From positions 1 to 64,000 of the IMG/VR virus record IMGVR_UViG_3300027806_000037: DNA of 64,000 bases. One strand, given 5' to 3'. The translations under genes and the position numbers were made by a program. Positions 43,702-53,139 of this stretch are shown piece by piece. Positions within the stretch are counted from its first letter, which is position 1; each line of letters begins with the position of its first letter. Below the pieces are notes generated by a model that was not told the origin of the DNA, did no database searches, and worked only from the letters and a program-made list of their open reading frames with translations. This DNA comes from a virus. Taxonomy: Duplodnaviria > Heunggongvirae > Uroviricota > Caudoviricetes.

Positions 43702-43760
43702 CATAACGGACAAGTGTATACCGCGTGGCTTTGCATGCGGTATACACGTAGATGTGCAAC
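43702..43760. repeat. PE-family palindromic element
   Basis: gcataacggacaagtgtataccgcgtggctttgcatgcggtatacacgtagatgtgc. Confidence 0.5.
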
Positions 43761-43970
43761 GTTCTCTTCACTCTTAAAGCATTAGGCATGATAAAGACTA
43801 AGTACAGGGCAACGGTTCAAAAAGGCCAAGGCGATAAGTTCTTTGAATGGGAAGTTGTGGTCGAGGCATGGAACATTGGTGAGGCGGCAACGATGGTCCA
43901 CAACCAAGTAAAGGACTTCGACGGATGGACCGTTGCCATCGAACAAGATGATGATGCCGTTCTTTCTTGA
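43752..43970 (+). CDS. hypothetical protein (PE-bracketed, GC-enriched about 48%)
   Basis: 72-aa ORF immediately upstream of direct-repeat copy B. Confidence 0.45.
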   Translation: MCNVLFTLKALGMIKTKYRATVQKGQGDKFFEWEVVVEAWNIGEAATMVHNQVKDFDGWTVAIEQDDDAVLS

Positions 43971-43981
43971 ATGTTGCACAT

Positions 43982-44075
43982 CTAGTATATATAAGTAAGT
44001 ATAATCTAACCACTTAAAAATAAAGGACTTGAATAATAAAATTATTAAGATTTGTGAAGAAAAGTTTATATATTT
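43982..44075 (+). repeat. 94-bp perfect direct repeat, copy B
   Basis: identical to 14393..14486. Confidence 0.8.
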
Positions 44076-44109
44076 CATCGGAACTTATTCACACACAAGA
44101 AATTATTGA
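44029..44109 (+). pseudogene. truncated tyrosine-recombinase 5-prime fragment (first 15 codons, then divergence and stop after about 26 codons)
   Basis: ttgaataataaaattattaagatttgtgaagaaaagtttatatattt as at the recombinase start. Confidence 0.5.
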
Positions 44110-44176
44110 AAAAGTGGCGAATAATTTAATTAATTGAAAAGTTATTCATAACTTTGTCATATCAAAATCAAGAACA

Positions 44177-44494
44177 ATGAAAACCGTCTTCTGTGTATAT
44201 AAAGAATCAGACATGACTGAAGGACGTGGACCTTCTGTATTAGACTCAATTTGGGATAATCGTATTGAGGCTGAACGATTTATGGATGAACAACCCGGTG
44301 TTATGGGTCGTCCCGGTCCTTGGAGCGATAAAAAGGTTGGTAGGGATTGGTATATTGAAGAAGTTACTGTCTTTAGTAATGCTAAAGATAAAGTCGATGA
44401 AGAACAAAAAAAACTTATCAGGAAAGCACTTCGTAAATTAACTGAGGAAGAAATTGATGCACTTAATATCACACATTTGTTATATGAAAATTAA
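44177..44494 (+). CDS. hypothetical protein
   Basis: 105-aa ORF with promoter. Confidence 0.5.
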   Translation: MKTVFCVYKESDMTEGRGPSVLDSIWDNRIEAERFMDEQPGVMGRPGPWSDKKVGRDWYIEEVTVFSNAKDKVDEEQKKLIRKALRKLTEEEIDALNITHLLYEN

Positions 44495-44810
44495 ACCACT
44501 TCCCCAACACGTTGTCAATAAAATCGGAACTCTGTTCTTTCCCAATATTAGCAATGAATGGGAGATTTTTGATCCATCAAAATTGGAAGAAGATAGTAGA
44601 TGGAATGGATTAGATATTGTACCTAAAGGTTGGAATTCTCTTATTAATGATATTATTCAACCACTTCATTGTATTCAAATCTCTTTGGATGAAAATCATG
44701 GGTTTTTTGAATCAATTAAAGCCTACGATGATTCACTTGGGGAGATTAATTTGATTGAAACTAAGGAAATGGATAAATTGTTTGAGATTCTTGCAGAAGT
44801 TCAAGAATAA
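44484..44810 (+). CDS. hypothetical protein
   Basis: ATG (MKIKPLPQH) inside track ORF 44454..44810. Confidence 0.45.
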   Translation: MKIKPLPQHVVNKIGTLFFPNISNEWEIFDPSKLEEDSRWNGLDIVPKGWNSLINDIIQPLHCIQISLDENHGFFESIKAYDDSLGEINLIETKEMDKLFEILAEVQE

Positions 44811-44843
44811 TTCTATCTTTGTCAAACCAAAACACACAAACTC

Positions 44844-45068
44844 ATGGATATTTTTAATATGTCGGAAGACGAAATGCGTTTTGCTGAGGAAATTCAGTAT
44901 TCATGTCATAAAGCTGTTGAGCATATTATGAAGAATGGTAAAGCATCACATCAAGACGCTACTAATGTATTTCTTTTCAGTATGATTGCTAAACTTCAAA
45001 ACGAATGTCGTATTCTTGAAGACCGAATTAGGGATTTGGAATTTCAGGTAGACGGTCTTAATCATTAA
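44844..45068 (+). CDS. hypothetical protein
   Basis: 74-aa ORF with promoter. Confidence 0.45.
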   Translation: MDIFNMSEDEMRFAEEIQYSCHKAVEHIMKNGKASHQDATNVFLFSMIAKLQNECRILEDRIRDLEFQVDGLNH

Positions 45069-45073
45069 ATAAT

Positions 45074-45436
45074 ATGGCGGTTATTAGCATACAATATAAA
45101 GAACCTGACGTAAACTCTTATCAAGGTGTTAGCGTGTATAATACCTTTAAGCAAGAGCGTTTTAATTTTGATAGTGGTGATTTTGTAAAGGATTGGTATC
45201 TTGCATTAAAATTTGTAATTACTGGTGGTTTGGGAGAAATTTCTCATTTGGCACACTCATCCTCCGTAAATCACTTCATCATGGATGGTGGTTCAGAATT
45301 ATATGATTCCGCATATTTGGTCATGAAAAATGAAGTTGGTAATTTAGTTTATGACTATACACCTGAAGGAATTGAATTTTTTGTAAAGAGTGGAAGCAGA
45401 CCAACGTGGGAAGAGTTTAAGAAAATTAATGAATGA
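45074..45436 (+). CDS. hypothetical protein
   Basis: 120-aa ORF. Confidence 0.5.
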   Translation: MAVISIQYKEPDVNSYQGVSVYNTFKQERFNFDSGDFVKDWYLALKFVITGGLGEISHLAHSSSVNHFIMDGGSELYDSAYLVMKNEVGNLVYDYTPEGIEFFVKSGSRPTWEEFKKINE

Positions 45437-45494
45437 TAGTTGTGATTCTAACATATTATTCTTAATTTTAACCACTAAACAAATTGAGCGAAAA

Positions 45495-45665
45495 TGGAAG
45501 ATTATGAGTTGTTTGATAAAATTGAAAAGTTAAAAAAGCATAGCAATTCACTTCGATATCGTATTGTCTATGAATGGGTAAAAACTGACTATATTAGTTT
45601 TAAGGAATTTAAGGTAATAATGGAGCGTTGTTTTGTTACCACAACAGTAGATGAATCTGAATAAT
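45495..45665 (+). CDS. small hypothetical protein (56 aa, not in track)
   Basis: MEDYELFDKIEKLKKHSNSLRYRIVYEW... Confidence 0.3.
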
Positions 45666-45682
45666 TAATAATTATTTTTGAT

Positions 45683-45758
45683 TGTTAATAACTTTCACTT
45701 GCATTGAATCAGAAATTGTTGTAGCTTTGCATCATTAAACCAACAAAAACAATCAACC
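45683..45758 (+). repeat. about 75-bp identical repeat, copy 1 (stop-proximal GTTAATAAC motif plus promoter/leader)
   Basis: gattgttaataactttcacttgcattgaatcagaaattgttgtagctttgcatcattaaaccaacaaaaacaat, repeated at about 46728..46800. Confidence 0.7.
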
Positions 45759-45923
45759 ATGAAAACTCTCGCACATATTGGTCTTTATACTATTCTCACA
45801 ACTCTTTCATTTTTGATTACACTTATTCCTGAAGAAAAAGGTGGAATGACGGTGCGCTATATGTGTTTTATTCTTCTCGGTATGTTGTATAATGAAGCAA
45901 GTGATTATGTTAATAAACAATAA
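45759..45923 (+). CDS. small membrane protein (54 aa, not in track)
   Basis: MKTLAHIGLYTILTTLSFLITLIP... Confidence 0.3.
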   Translation: MKTLAHIGLYTILTTLSFLITLIPEEKGGMTVRYMCFILLGMLYNEASDYVNKQ

Positions 45924-46200
45924 AGAATATATTATTTGTTCAGCAATTTGGTTTGATGATGGTGTAAAACATCCCCATCAACCTAAGAACATTGATATTG
46001 GGTATGTTGTTTGCGGAAGGCGACATCATAACTGCTTTCAAATTCAGTTCATGATTGATATTAATCATATTGAGCGTGAACAAGGTTTTTTAACAAATAC
46101 CGATAGATTTGTTGATAGGGAAGAAGCTGGACAAATCGCTTATGATGCTGGTCAAATAACGGAAAAAAATAATTTTCTGTTTAGTGAGGATTTGTGGTAA
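45892..46200 (+). CDS. hypothetical protein
   Basis: 102-aa ORF. Confidence 0.45.
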   Translation: MKQVIMLINNKEYIICSAIWFDDGVKHPHQPKNIDIGYVVCGRRHHNCFQIQFMIDINHIEREQGFLTNTDRFVDREEAGQIAYDAGQITEKNNFLFSEDLW

Positions 46201-46237
46201 TAATTTATTATCTTTGCATCACCAAAACAAACTAACC

Positions 46238-46492
46238 ATGAAACTTCTTCTGTGCAAAGAATGCTCTGATGTGTTTTCTATTACATTTGATGATAAGAAG
46301 TGTGGTTGTGGAAAAACAACAGGTAAATATTTGGATAACATTAACGCAACATATAGTGGTCCCGCTGTTCCACTTGGATTTAATAACAGAACACTTATTA
46401 GTTCCGTTATTGAATTTGAGAAGACAGGTGAAGGAAGAGATTTCACAGCTTTTGTAATTGGTTCAGACTGTAAAACTTTTGTGAAAAAATGA
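46238..46492 (+). CDS. hypothetical Cys-containing protein
   Basis: ATG (MKLLLCKECSD) after the promoter. Confidence 0.45.
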   Translation: MKLLLCKECSDVFSITFDDKKCGCGKTTGKYLDNINATYSGPAVPLGFNNRTLISSVIEFEKTGEGRDFTAFVIGSDCKTFVKK

Positions 46493-46728
46493 ATACACTT
46501 AAATCGTTTAATGCCGCGCAAGCATGGAAAACAACACAAGCAGCTTGGTTAGATGAAATTGAAAAAATTCTTAATTTGATCCAAGAAAAAGCAAAAGCAA
46601 AAGAAACAACATTAGTTTTAGAATATAAGATGAATCAAATTTTGAAAAGAATTTTAATAGAAGAATATGGATTTAATGTTTCATATCATTATTTGACTGA
46701 CAAAATACTAACAGAAATTCGTTGGTGA
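46489..46728 (+). CDS. hypothetical protein
   Basis: 79-aa ORF. Confidence 0.45.
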   Translation: MNTLKSFNAAQAWKTTQAAWLDEIEKILNLIQEKAKAKETTLVLEYKMNQILKRILIEEYGFNVSYHYLTDKILTEIRW

Positions 46729-46800
46729 TTGTTAATAACTTTCACTTGCATTGAATCAGAAATTGTTGTAGCTTTGCATCATTAAACCAACAAAAACAAT
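46728..46800 (+). repeat. about 75-bp identical repeat, copy 2
   Basis: see 45683..45758. Confidence 0.7.
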
Positions 46801-47320
46801 GAGCGTAGACACTAAAGCAGTTATTCGAGGCAACGTCACATTGGATCAAATTTGTAATGCACTACAACAGCGGTATAATGCGTATGTTGAAGTATATAAT
46901 ACTGGCAATGAGCATTATTTTAGGATTACTCTTAATCTGAATAATAGTATTCGCATTATTTCTGTGTTTTATGGTGATTTCGCAAAAAATGATCATAATA
47001 TTCCGGGTATTCTACTTTCACTTGGATGTAATGATGAAGCGGTTGAGATTCTAACGTATCTTTGTGAGGTTTTTGGTGGTTATCTTGATGAGAATGATTG
47101 TGATAATCTTGGGTTTATACCGATTAATGAAACTGAATTTCAAAAGAGTGGGGAGTTGACGAAAGAAGAGAAATTCAAATTGAAAATTGCTCATAGCTTG
47201 GGTTATGAAAATATTGGTACATTTATGAGTTTGCTTGACGATTATTTGAAAGATAATGGTTTGCAGCTATGCCCAGTTGGGCAATTTGAAACACAAAATT
47301 ATCAACTTAAAACAAAGTAA
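46799..47320 (+). CDS. hypothetical protein
   Basis: 173-aa ORF. Confidence 0.5.
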   Translation: MSVDTKAVIRGNVTLDQICNALQQRYNAYVEVYNTGNEHYFRITLNLNNSIRIISVFYGDFAKNDHNIPGILLSLGCNDEAVEILTYLCEVFGGYLDENDCDNLGFIPINETEFQKSGELTKEEKFKLKIAHSLGYENIGTFMSLLDDYLKDNGLQLCPVGQFETQNYQLKTK

Positions 47321-47322
47321 AT

Positions 47323-47526
47323 ATGGAACACGAAAATTTGAACAACCAAGAAACTGCCCAATTGGGTGTAGGTGCTGTTATGCCACGTTTATTCGCCATC
47401 ACAACACAAGAAGGGTGGAATGAAATGTTTTGGGATAAAGACAAAGCACAACACAAAATTGATACCGAATATAAAAAGGACTTCCCTAATGAAGAGTTTT
47501 GGGTTGAGGAAGTTCGCGTCTCTTAA
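47323..47526 (+). CDS. hypothetical protein
   Basis: 67-aa ORF. Confidence 0.4.
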   Translation: MEHENLNNQETAQLGVGAVMPRLFAITTQEGWNEMFWDKDKAQHKIDTEYKKDFPNEEFWVEEVRVS

Positions 47527-47572
47527 ATGGGGCATAATTCGTAAATTTACATCATTAAAACAGAAAAAAAAA

Positions 47573-47788
47573 ATGACAAATCAAAAACGATATCGAGCGT
47601 TTAAGTTTGAAGAAACAAATGTAAATGGTGAAGTTTTCGCACAGTTTACAATGTATCGAGAAGGTTTGATTCGTAATACTGAATATTCTGACGTTTTCGA
47701 TACTGAAGAAGAAGCGATAGCGTTTTGCTATAAGACAAATCAATACGCTAACTGGGTTATTATTCCTGAAATTAGATTTATTGATTAA
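47573..47788 (+). CDS. hypothetical protein
   Basis: ATG (MTNQKRYRAF) inside track ORF 47372..47788. Confidence 0.4.
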   Translation: MTNQKRYRAFKFEETNVNGEVFAQFTMYREGLIRNTEYSDVFDTEEEAIAFCYKTNQYANWVIIPEIRFID

Positions 47789-47792
47789 AATA

Positions 47793-47981
47793 ATGAATAA
47801 AGTATCATATAAAGACCCCATTAACAATCATCCAAAAGAGTGGGAGCATTTTGTAGAAAACGCTCGTTATTATCCGGGTGGGTGGTATTGTTGTATTACA
47901 ATAGATGGAAGTGAAGTCCTTCAGTCAGAAGATACTGCTGAATTATTCCAACAATTACTCGATAATAATTCAAAAAAATGA
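47793..47981 (+). CDS. hypothetical protein
   Basis: ATG (MNKVSYKD) inside track ORF 47781..47981. Confidence 0.4.
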   Translation: MNKVSYKDPINNHPKEWEHFVENARYYPGGWYCCITIDGSEVLQSEDTAELFQQLLDNNSKK

Positions 47982-48196
47982 AATATAGTCTATTATTGGT
48001 CGCACTTCTATTTTCTTGTGATGTACCGCAAAGGGAAAGAACTCAATTCTCGGATGCGAAAAGAATTGGAACAGATACTGAAATTATTGAATATAGAGTT
48101 GTTGTGATTGATAGTTGTGAATATCTTTATACTGGTAGAGGTAAATTGACACATAAAGGAAATTGTAGATTCTGTGAAGAAAGAAAATGTAAATAA
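47978..48196 (+). CDS. lipoprotein/secreted Cys-containing protein
   Basis: MKYSLLLVALLFSC lipobox. Confidence 0.45.
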   Translation: MKYSLLLVALLFSCDVPQRERTQFSDAKRIGTDTEIIEYRVVVIDSCEYLYTGRGKLTHKGNCRFCEERKCK

Positions 48197-48335
48197 ATTT
48201 GCATATATCAAAAATAGTCCGTAGTTTTAGACCATTAATTATGAAAAGACACAACTTACCACCATTAATGTGGGCAATTCCAATCCTCGCTTTTGTAATT
48301 TATATTATTGTTGTACTAATTTCACTTTATTTACT

Positions 48336-48938
48336 ATGAAATTCAAAACATTAAAAGAACTTGACCGTTTTATTGGTGAGAAATTACTTAAACACTATGA
48401 AACGGAATTGACTGAACCTCTTACCTTAGATGAGATTGAAATCTTAAGAAAGGGTCCACCTGAACACATTACTTGGGGTAAAGTAAATGAAATTCGGAGT
48501 AAGTCCGAAGAAAGAATTACTTCTGTTCTCCAACTTCTTTATGAAATTGAGAATTATTACTTTAGTGGTTGGGATTATGGCTCTGATGAATCTGAAAGGT
48601 CCGAACTTAAATTCTATTCAGAAAATAGATTCTATGTTTATCTTTATTCGACTTCAGATTTAATAATGAGTGAAGTGTTTGAGGATAATGAAATTCCTGT
48701 TGGATATCTTTTTCTTGATAAAGAGCAGGTAATTAAGTCGTTTCTTTCGGATATTCGCACACATTATTCAAATCTTATTCAAGAACGTGAGAAACAATCA
48801 AAGAAAAGAACTGAAGCAAAGGTAAAGAAAACAGAAATGTTAAAATCCATTAGGAGTAAAGTGAGTGTGGATGAGTTCAAATTTATTGTTCGTAACTGTA
48901 ATTTAACAAAAAAAGAGGCGAAAGAATTGCTTGGATAA
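48336..48938 (+). CDS. hypothetical protein
   Basis: ATG (MKFKTLKELDRF) inside track ORF 48270..48938, which starts at GTG. Confidence 0.5.
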   Translation: MKFKTLKELDRFIGEKLLKHYETELTEPLTLDEIEILRKGPPEHITWGKVNEIRSKSEERITSVLQLLYEIENYYFSGWDYGSDESERSELKFYSENRFYVYLYSTSDLIMSEVFEDNEIPVGYLFLDKEQVIKSFLSDIRTHYSNLIQEREKQSKKRTEAKVKKTEMLKSIRSKVSVDEFKFIVRNCNLTKKEAKELLG

Positions 48939-48979
48939 GTAAAAAATTACTATCTTTGTAACCTTAAATTGAATCCACA

Positions 48980-49202
48980 ATGAAAACTATACCTGAAATT
49001 ATTGAGGAATATTCCAAACGAAAAATTTTTATTGAGGTTCTTGCTGACGCATATAAAACTTGATGGTACTGGTATTTGTTGGAGAGCGTATGTTCATTAT
49101 TTAGAAGATGGGATTTGGATTGCTGAAGATTTAGGTTGTACTATTGAGTGGGAAAAGGCGTTTAATATTTGTGTTAGATTCATCGAAAGTTACTTCAAAT
49201 AA
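48980..49202 (+). pseudogene. possible frameshifted gene (ATG frame of 27 aa stops; a +1-frame continuation of 66 aa follows)
   Basis: promoter ttactatctttgtaaccttaaattgaatccacaATG serves the short frame; the long frame (track ORF 49002..49202) has only a TTG start. Confidence 0.25.
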
Positions 49203-49213
49203 AACAACGATTA

Positions 49214-49630
49214 ATGAAAACTCTAACAGATAAACTTTTATCGGTCTTTAATAAACATAAAGACACAATCCAATATAAGGAGTGGAATGGGTCAATGATT
49301 GCGGAAGCAACATTTTTTAGGTCATTTCAGTTTGATAAAAAATTATACCATTTTGAAATTAGGGTAAGTAGGACGATTGACAATAATCCAAGTGTAACAG
49401 TATTCTTTCCCGGTAAACAAGAATTTACCATAATTGATTGGGGAACTCGAAATCGTATGTCAGGTTTCACGGTCTATAAATTAATTGACTGTGTTAATAA
49501 CTATTTTCTTGATGAAGAGAAACTTGTTCAGATTAAAAATGCAATGTTAGAAAATCTTCCATCTTGGGAGGAACTTATTGACAAGCGAAGGAAAACACTT
49601 GAAGAGATTTTTTCACAAAATAATTGGTAG
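49214..49630 (+). CDS. hypothetical protein
   Basis: 138-aa ORF. Confidence 0.5.
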   Translation: MKTLTDKLLSVFNKHKDTIQYKEWNGSMIAEATFFRSFQFDKKLYHFEIRVSRTIDNNPSVTVFFPGKQEFTIIDWGTRNRMSGFTVYKLIDCVNNYFLDEEKLVQIKNAMLENLPSWEELIDKRRKTLEEIFSQNNW

Positions 49631-49683
49631 AGTCAAAAATAAGACATATCTTTACATCGTTAATCACTAAAACCCCAAATCAA

Positions 49684-49995
49684 ATGAGTTTTGTAAAGAT
49701 TCCAGTAGATGAAATTTTCGGTGGTCACAGAATGAATTTGAATGGTAAAGACATTCGACGTGAAGGTATGGGAGATAATGTTAGGGTAATGCTTTACGCA
49801 CCAAGTAAACGAATTGCTCATTCATATTTCAGGAGCGTTGCTGAACTATCACCATACTGCTCAAATTGTGGTATGACTGAGAACTTCAAAGGTAAGAATC
49901 GACGTGAGGTTGCTCATAAACTATACAAAGCTGGATGGAGAAAAGATGATGAATATAAGAATCTGACGGTTCATCATTGTAAAGATTGTTGTTAA
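49684..49995 (+). CDS. hypothetical Cys-containing (zinc-binding?) protein
   Basis: ATG (MSFVKIPVDE) after promoter; CSNCG ... HHCKDCC. Confidence 0.45.
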   Translation: MSFVKIPVDEIFGGHRMNLNGKDIRREGMGDNVRVMLYAPSKRIAHSYFRSVAELSPYCSNCGMTENFKGKNRREVAHKLYKAGWRKDDEYKNLTVHHCKDCC

Positions 49996-50018
49996 TATAA
50001 TTCATAACTCATCATAAA

Positions 50019-50513
50019 ATGCTTTTAATCATCATTGGTTTTGTTATCGGTATTTTTATTGCAACCTACGATTTTAGGTATAGTATTTTTGATTATGATT
50101 TTTTTCGTATGTTACTTGTATCGAGTACAGGTGGATTTGTAGGATTAGTTATCGCATTTTCTATACCAGCGAAGAGTACGATGGTGCTTGAACATGAATA
50201 TGATGTTGTTTCCATGAATTTCACAAATAATCAAATTGGTGGTGATTTTTTTCTTGGTTCAGGTACAATTAACAATATACCCAAATATATGTTCTATTGC
50301 AAAGATTCTAACGGATTTATCCGACTTGAACAAATTGATTGTGAACGTTCAAAAATTAAGTATGGTCCAAAACCTTATGTGAAAAAATATGAATCTGAGT
50401 CAACTAACGATTTTATTAATTGGTTTGCGATTGATGAAATAGTAACTGAATATGTGATTCAAGTACCTGAAGGTAGTATTACACCACTAATTGATATTAA
50501 CTTACATAAGTAA
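50019..50513 (+). CDS. membrane-anchored hypothetical protein
   Basis: two N-terminal TM segments. Confidence 0.5.
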   Translation: MLLIIIGFVIGIFIATYDFRYSIFDYDFFRMLLVSSTGGFVGLVIAFSIPAKSTMVLEHEYDVVSMNFTNNQIGGDFFLGSGTINNIPKYMFYCKDSNGFIRLEQIDCERSKIKYGPKPYVKKYESESTNDFINWFAIDEIVTEYVIQVPEGSITPLIDINLHK

Positions 50514-50581
50514 ATATTTTTGTCAGGTATTGTTGTATATAACAAAAATTTCCTTATCTTTGTATCAACAAACACATCAAA

Positions 50582-51010
50582 ATGAAAACAGACATCTTAC
50601 TTAATCAAATGATGGAGTTTTTTGATTCCGAAGAGGGTAAAGAGAAAGTTCGTCAATATTTTGATGGAATTAAACAAAGGGAAAATATTGCTAATAATCA
50701 AATAGAAAGACTTAAAGGTAAATCACCCGAATATTTTATACAATTCACCAAGCAAGTAATCGAAAAATATAATTCCATCGAATATAACGATAGGTGGTAT
50801 AAGAGGGGAATTGAACCACCACAAGACCTTTTTTGGTTTCTTTATGAGTATGCGAAGAAATATGGTAGGGAATGTACTGAACAGGAGTGGGAGAAACTTT
50901 CATCCATGTTCACATCCGACCTTCGATTTTGTGAGGGATATTATTTTGAAAGAATGGATGGTCAGGGAAGTGTAATAGATATAAGACACCATACGAATTT
51001 GGAAGAATAA
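50582..51010 (+). CDS. hypothetical protein
   Basis: 142-aa ORF with promoter. Confidence 0.5.
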   Translation: MKTDILLNQMMEFFDSEEGKEKVRQYFDGIKQRENIANNQIERLKGKSPEYFIQFTKQVIEKYNSIEYNDRWYKRGIEPPQDLFWFLYEYAKKYGRECTEQEWEKLSSMFTSDLRFCEGYYFERMDGQGSVIDIRHHTNLEE

Positions 51011-51267
51011 TGAAAAACGTAGGGTTTGAAGTTGGTGATAAATTTGTATACCATTCAAAATATGGTGGCGTTACATTTGGTGTTATTGAAACCATTCTCC
51101 CAGTTAATGAATTAATTGGTAATGTGTGGACTGTAAAATACTATATTAATGGTAAGTATACCACAAATGAGATTCTTCATTATACGAGAATTGCAGATGA
51201 AGAAGAGATGGAAATGATTAACAAAGTCGGAAAATACGCTCAATATCGAAAAAATAATTACAAATGA
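51010..51267 (+). CDS. hypothetical protein
   Basis: 85-aa ORF. Confidence 0.45.
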   Translation: MKNVGFEVGDKFVYHSKYGGVTFGVIETILPVNELIGNVWTVKYYINGKYTTNEILHYTRIADEEEMEMINKVGKYAQYRKNNYK

Positions 51268-51530
51268 ACCAATTACCAAAAAAATATCAACAATATTGTT
51301 TAGCAATAACTTATGGGTTATTTGCTGATATGTTGAATCCGAAAAACCAAGGACCGAATTTCACATGGGATAAATTTCCGGTTATAGCTTCTGACTGGGC
51401 TGAAGGTAATATTGGTCTTTATTATGGAAATGTAAGTGAAAGACATAAAAAGATGATTGCTGAGGAATGTAAACTTTTAGCTGAAAGAATATTGAAAAGA
51501 AGTGAAATTAATTTGTGGTTTCAAAAATAA
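51264..51530 (+). CDS. hypothetical protein
   Basis: 88-aa ORF. Confidence 0.45.
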   Translation: MNQLPKKYQQYCLAITYGLFADMLNPKNQGPNFTWDKFPVIASDWAEGNIGLYYGNVSERHKKMIAEECKLLAERILKRSEINLWFQK

Positions 51531-51538
51531 GTAATACT

Positions 51539-51823
51539 ATGAACAAGACCAAAAAACACTATACAGAAGCAGATATTAATAAGTTTCTCCCTAAAGGATG
51601 GAAAGCAAAAGCATTAAATTCTGTTACTTTCAGAATTACAAAGAAAGAACAATTTGCTGGTGATGAAACGCACTCATTTATTTATTCACCATCCACACCT
51701 TGCACCGAAGTCGAGTTAATTCAGGGTTTGGTTTATTGCGCTCATTATGGTGGAACAGAGCATGGAAAAAACAAAGCTGTTGAGAATCTTAAAAATAAAA
51801 TTGCAAAAATGATTTTTGATTAA
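51539..51823 (+). CDS. hypothetical protein
   Basis: ATG (MNKTKKHYTE) inside track ORF 51515..51823. Confidence 0.45.
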   Translation: MNKTKKHYTEADINKFLPKGWKAKALNSVTFRITKKEQFAGDETHSFIYSPSTPCTEVELIQGLVYCAHYGGTEHGKNKAVENLKNKIAKMIFD

Positions 51824-51870
51824 GTTATTTTTCTTACCTTTGCATCATCAAACCAAAACTCCCAATAACC

Positions 51871-52044
51871 ATGATGACAAAAAGGGAAAAGGCGATGAAG
51901 TGGTGGAACGGACTTTCATCTGCACAAAAGACAAAACTCTGTGACACCAATACGGAACTTGTTGGTAAACATCGAAGGTGGGAAACTCTAACTGGTAGGG
52001 AAATCGAAATGCTTATGAATATTGACGATATTGTAAATGATTAA
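51871..52044 (+). CDS. small hypothetical protein (57 aa, not in track)
   Basis: MMTKREKAMKWWNGLSSAQKTKLCD... after conserved promoter. Confidence 0.35.
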   Translation: MMTKREKAMKWWNGLSSAQKTKLCDTNTELVGKHRRWETLTGREIEMLMNIDDIVND

Positions 52045-52208
52045 ATAATGTTCACTTCACTCTCCCCCTCCTTTTCTCATGTTCTCCCCCTTTTCGGGGT
52101 CAAACATTCGGGAGTGGTTCGTTCAGTTAACATTATTTAATCCCCCTTTTCTAATGGGTCATATTAGATGATGACTATATGCTACATTAGCATCAATAAA
52201 GAAAAACA

Positions 52209-52424
52209 ATGATGACAATTAGCAACAATGATATCCCACAAGATAGGGTTAATAGTTGTTGGTCTATCGACCTTTTAACTAACCCATATTACTGGGATAT
52301 AGAATATCATGAAGTCGTGACCCACAATAGAAGGGGAAGAAAGAAGGAACAAATTAGTGGGGTAAAGAATGGGTCATATAAGGGGTCAAAGAATGGGTCA
52401 CTAAGAAACCCTCTCATCCGTTGA
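52209..52424 (+). CDS. hypothetical protein (in G/C-run island)
   Basis: 71-aa ORF. Confidence 0.35.
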   Translation: MMTISNNDIPQDRVNSCWSIDLLTNPYYWDIEYHEVVTHNRRGRKKEQISGVKNGSYKGSKNGSLRNPLIR

Positions 52425-52599
52425 GATGTTCTGTTATAGGGGAAATAAAGGGGGTAGAACAACCTCTAAAGATGTCCCCCGCTAACCAATTAATGAATTA
52501 ATTATTTGCTGGAAATGCTTAATACCCTAAATATGAGGTAGTTAGGATAAATGGGGAATAAAAAACCCTGTTTTCACCATCAAAAAGGGGGTTTTTAAG

Positions 52600-52665
52600 C
52601 AATGTGGGATATAGTGGGGAATTGTGGAAGATAGTGGAATGTGGGGAAAGGGGATTATCCCCTCC
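52600..52665. repeat. iteron-like direct repeats ATAGTGGGGAATTGTGG / ATAGTGGAATGTGGGG
   Basis: gggatatagtggggaattgtggaagatagtggaatgtggggaaagggga in an ORF-free 370-bp stretch. Confidence 0.5.
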
Positions 52666-52797
52666 GTCAATTAATCCCCTCTGTTACAAAAAATTAAAAA
52701 ATCTTTACCACAAATATACGGATAAAATAGTTAAAAATCAAGTTTTTTCTTTCAAATCTTTTGTTTATCTTTGCAACCATTCAAAACATAACCAACA

Positions 52798-53083
52798 AAT
52801 GACTGAAATAGAAATCATCCGAACAGCACCTCCGAAGAAACCCGTTATTCATAAGGTGGGGAATTTCTATCGCAATAGCAATGACCACGGATTGTATCAA
52901 CTAACTGGGGGGATGAATACTAATGAAATATTCCTTATTGAAATCGAGAGTGGAATATTGTGGGAATCTCTTCAAGTGAAAGATATTAAGAATATTACAG
53001 ATGAAGAGTTTGATTTGCTTATTGGTCATGACCCAACGCTATTTGATTATGTGGAAAGGGTTCAAATTAATTATGTGCTTTAA
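52798..53083 (+). CDS. hypothetical protein
   Basis: ATG (MTEIEIIRTAPP) after the promoter; upstream part of track ORF 52604..53083 is the noncoding repeat region. Confidence 0.45.
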
Positions 53084-53139
53084 CTTGCATAATTGATTTC
53101 CCCTCCTTATCTTTGTTACCCACTAATACAAATCAATAA

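Noticed and set aside
45892-45923. Overlap between the small membrane ORF 45759..45923 and 45892..46200
   Set aside because: Both kept at low confidence. A 30-nt overlap in different frames is common in this compact genome and neither can be excluded from sequence alone.
52604-52797. N-terminal 65 aa of track ORF 52604..53083
   Set aside because: This part is the iteron-like repeat region. A canonical promoter and ATG occur at about 52760..52798, so the CDS was trimmed to 52798.
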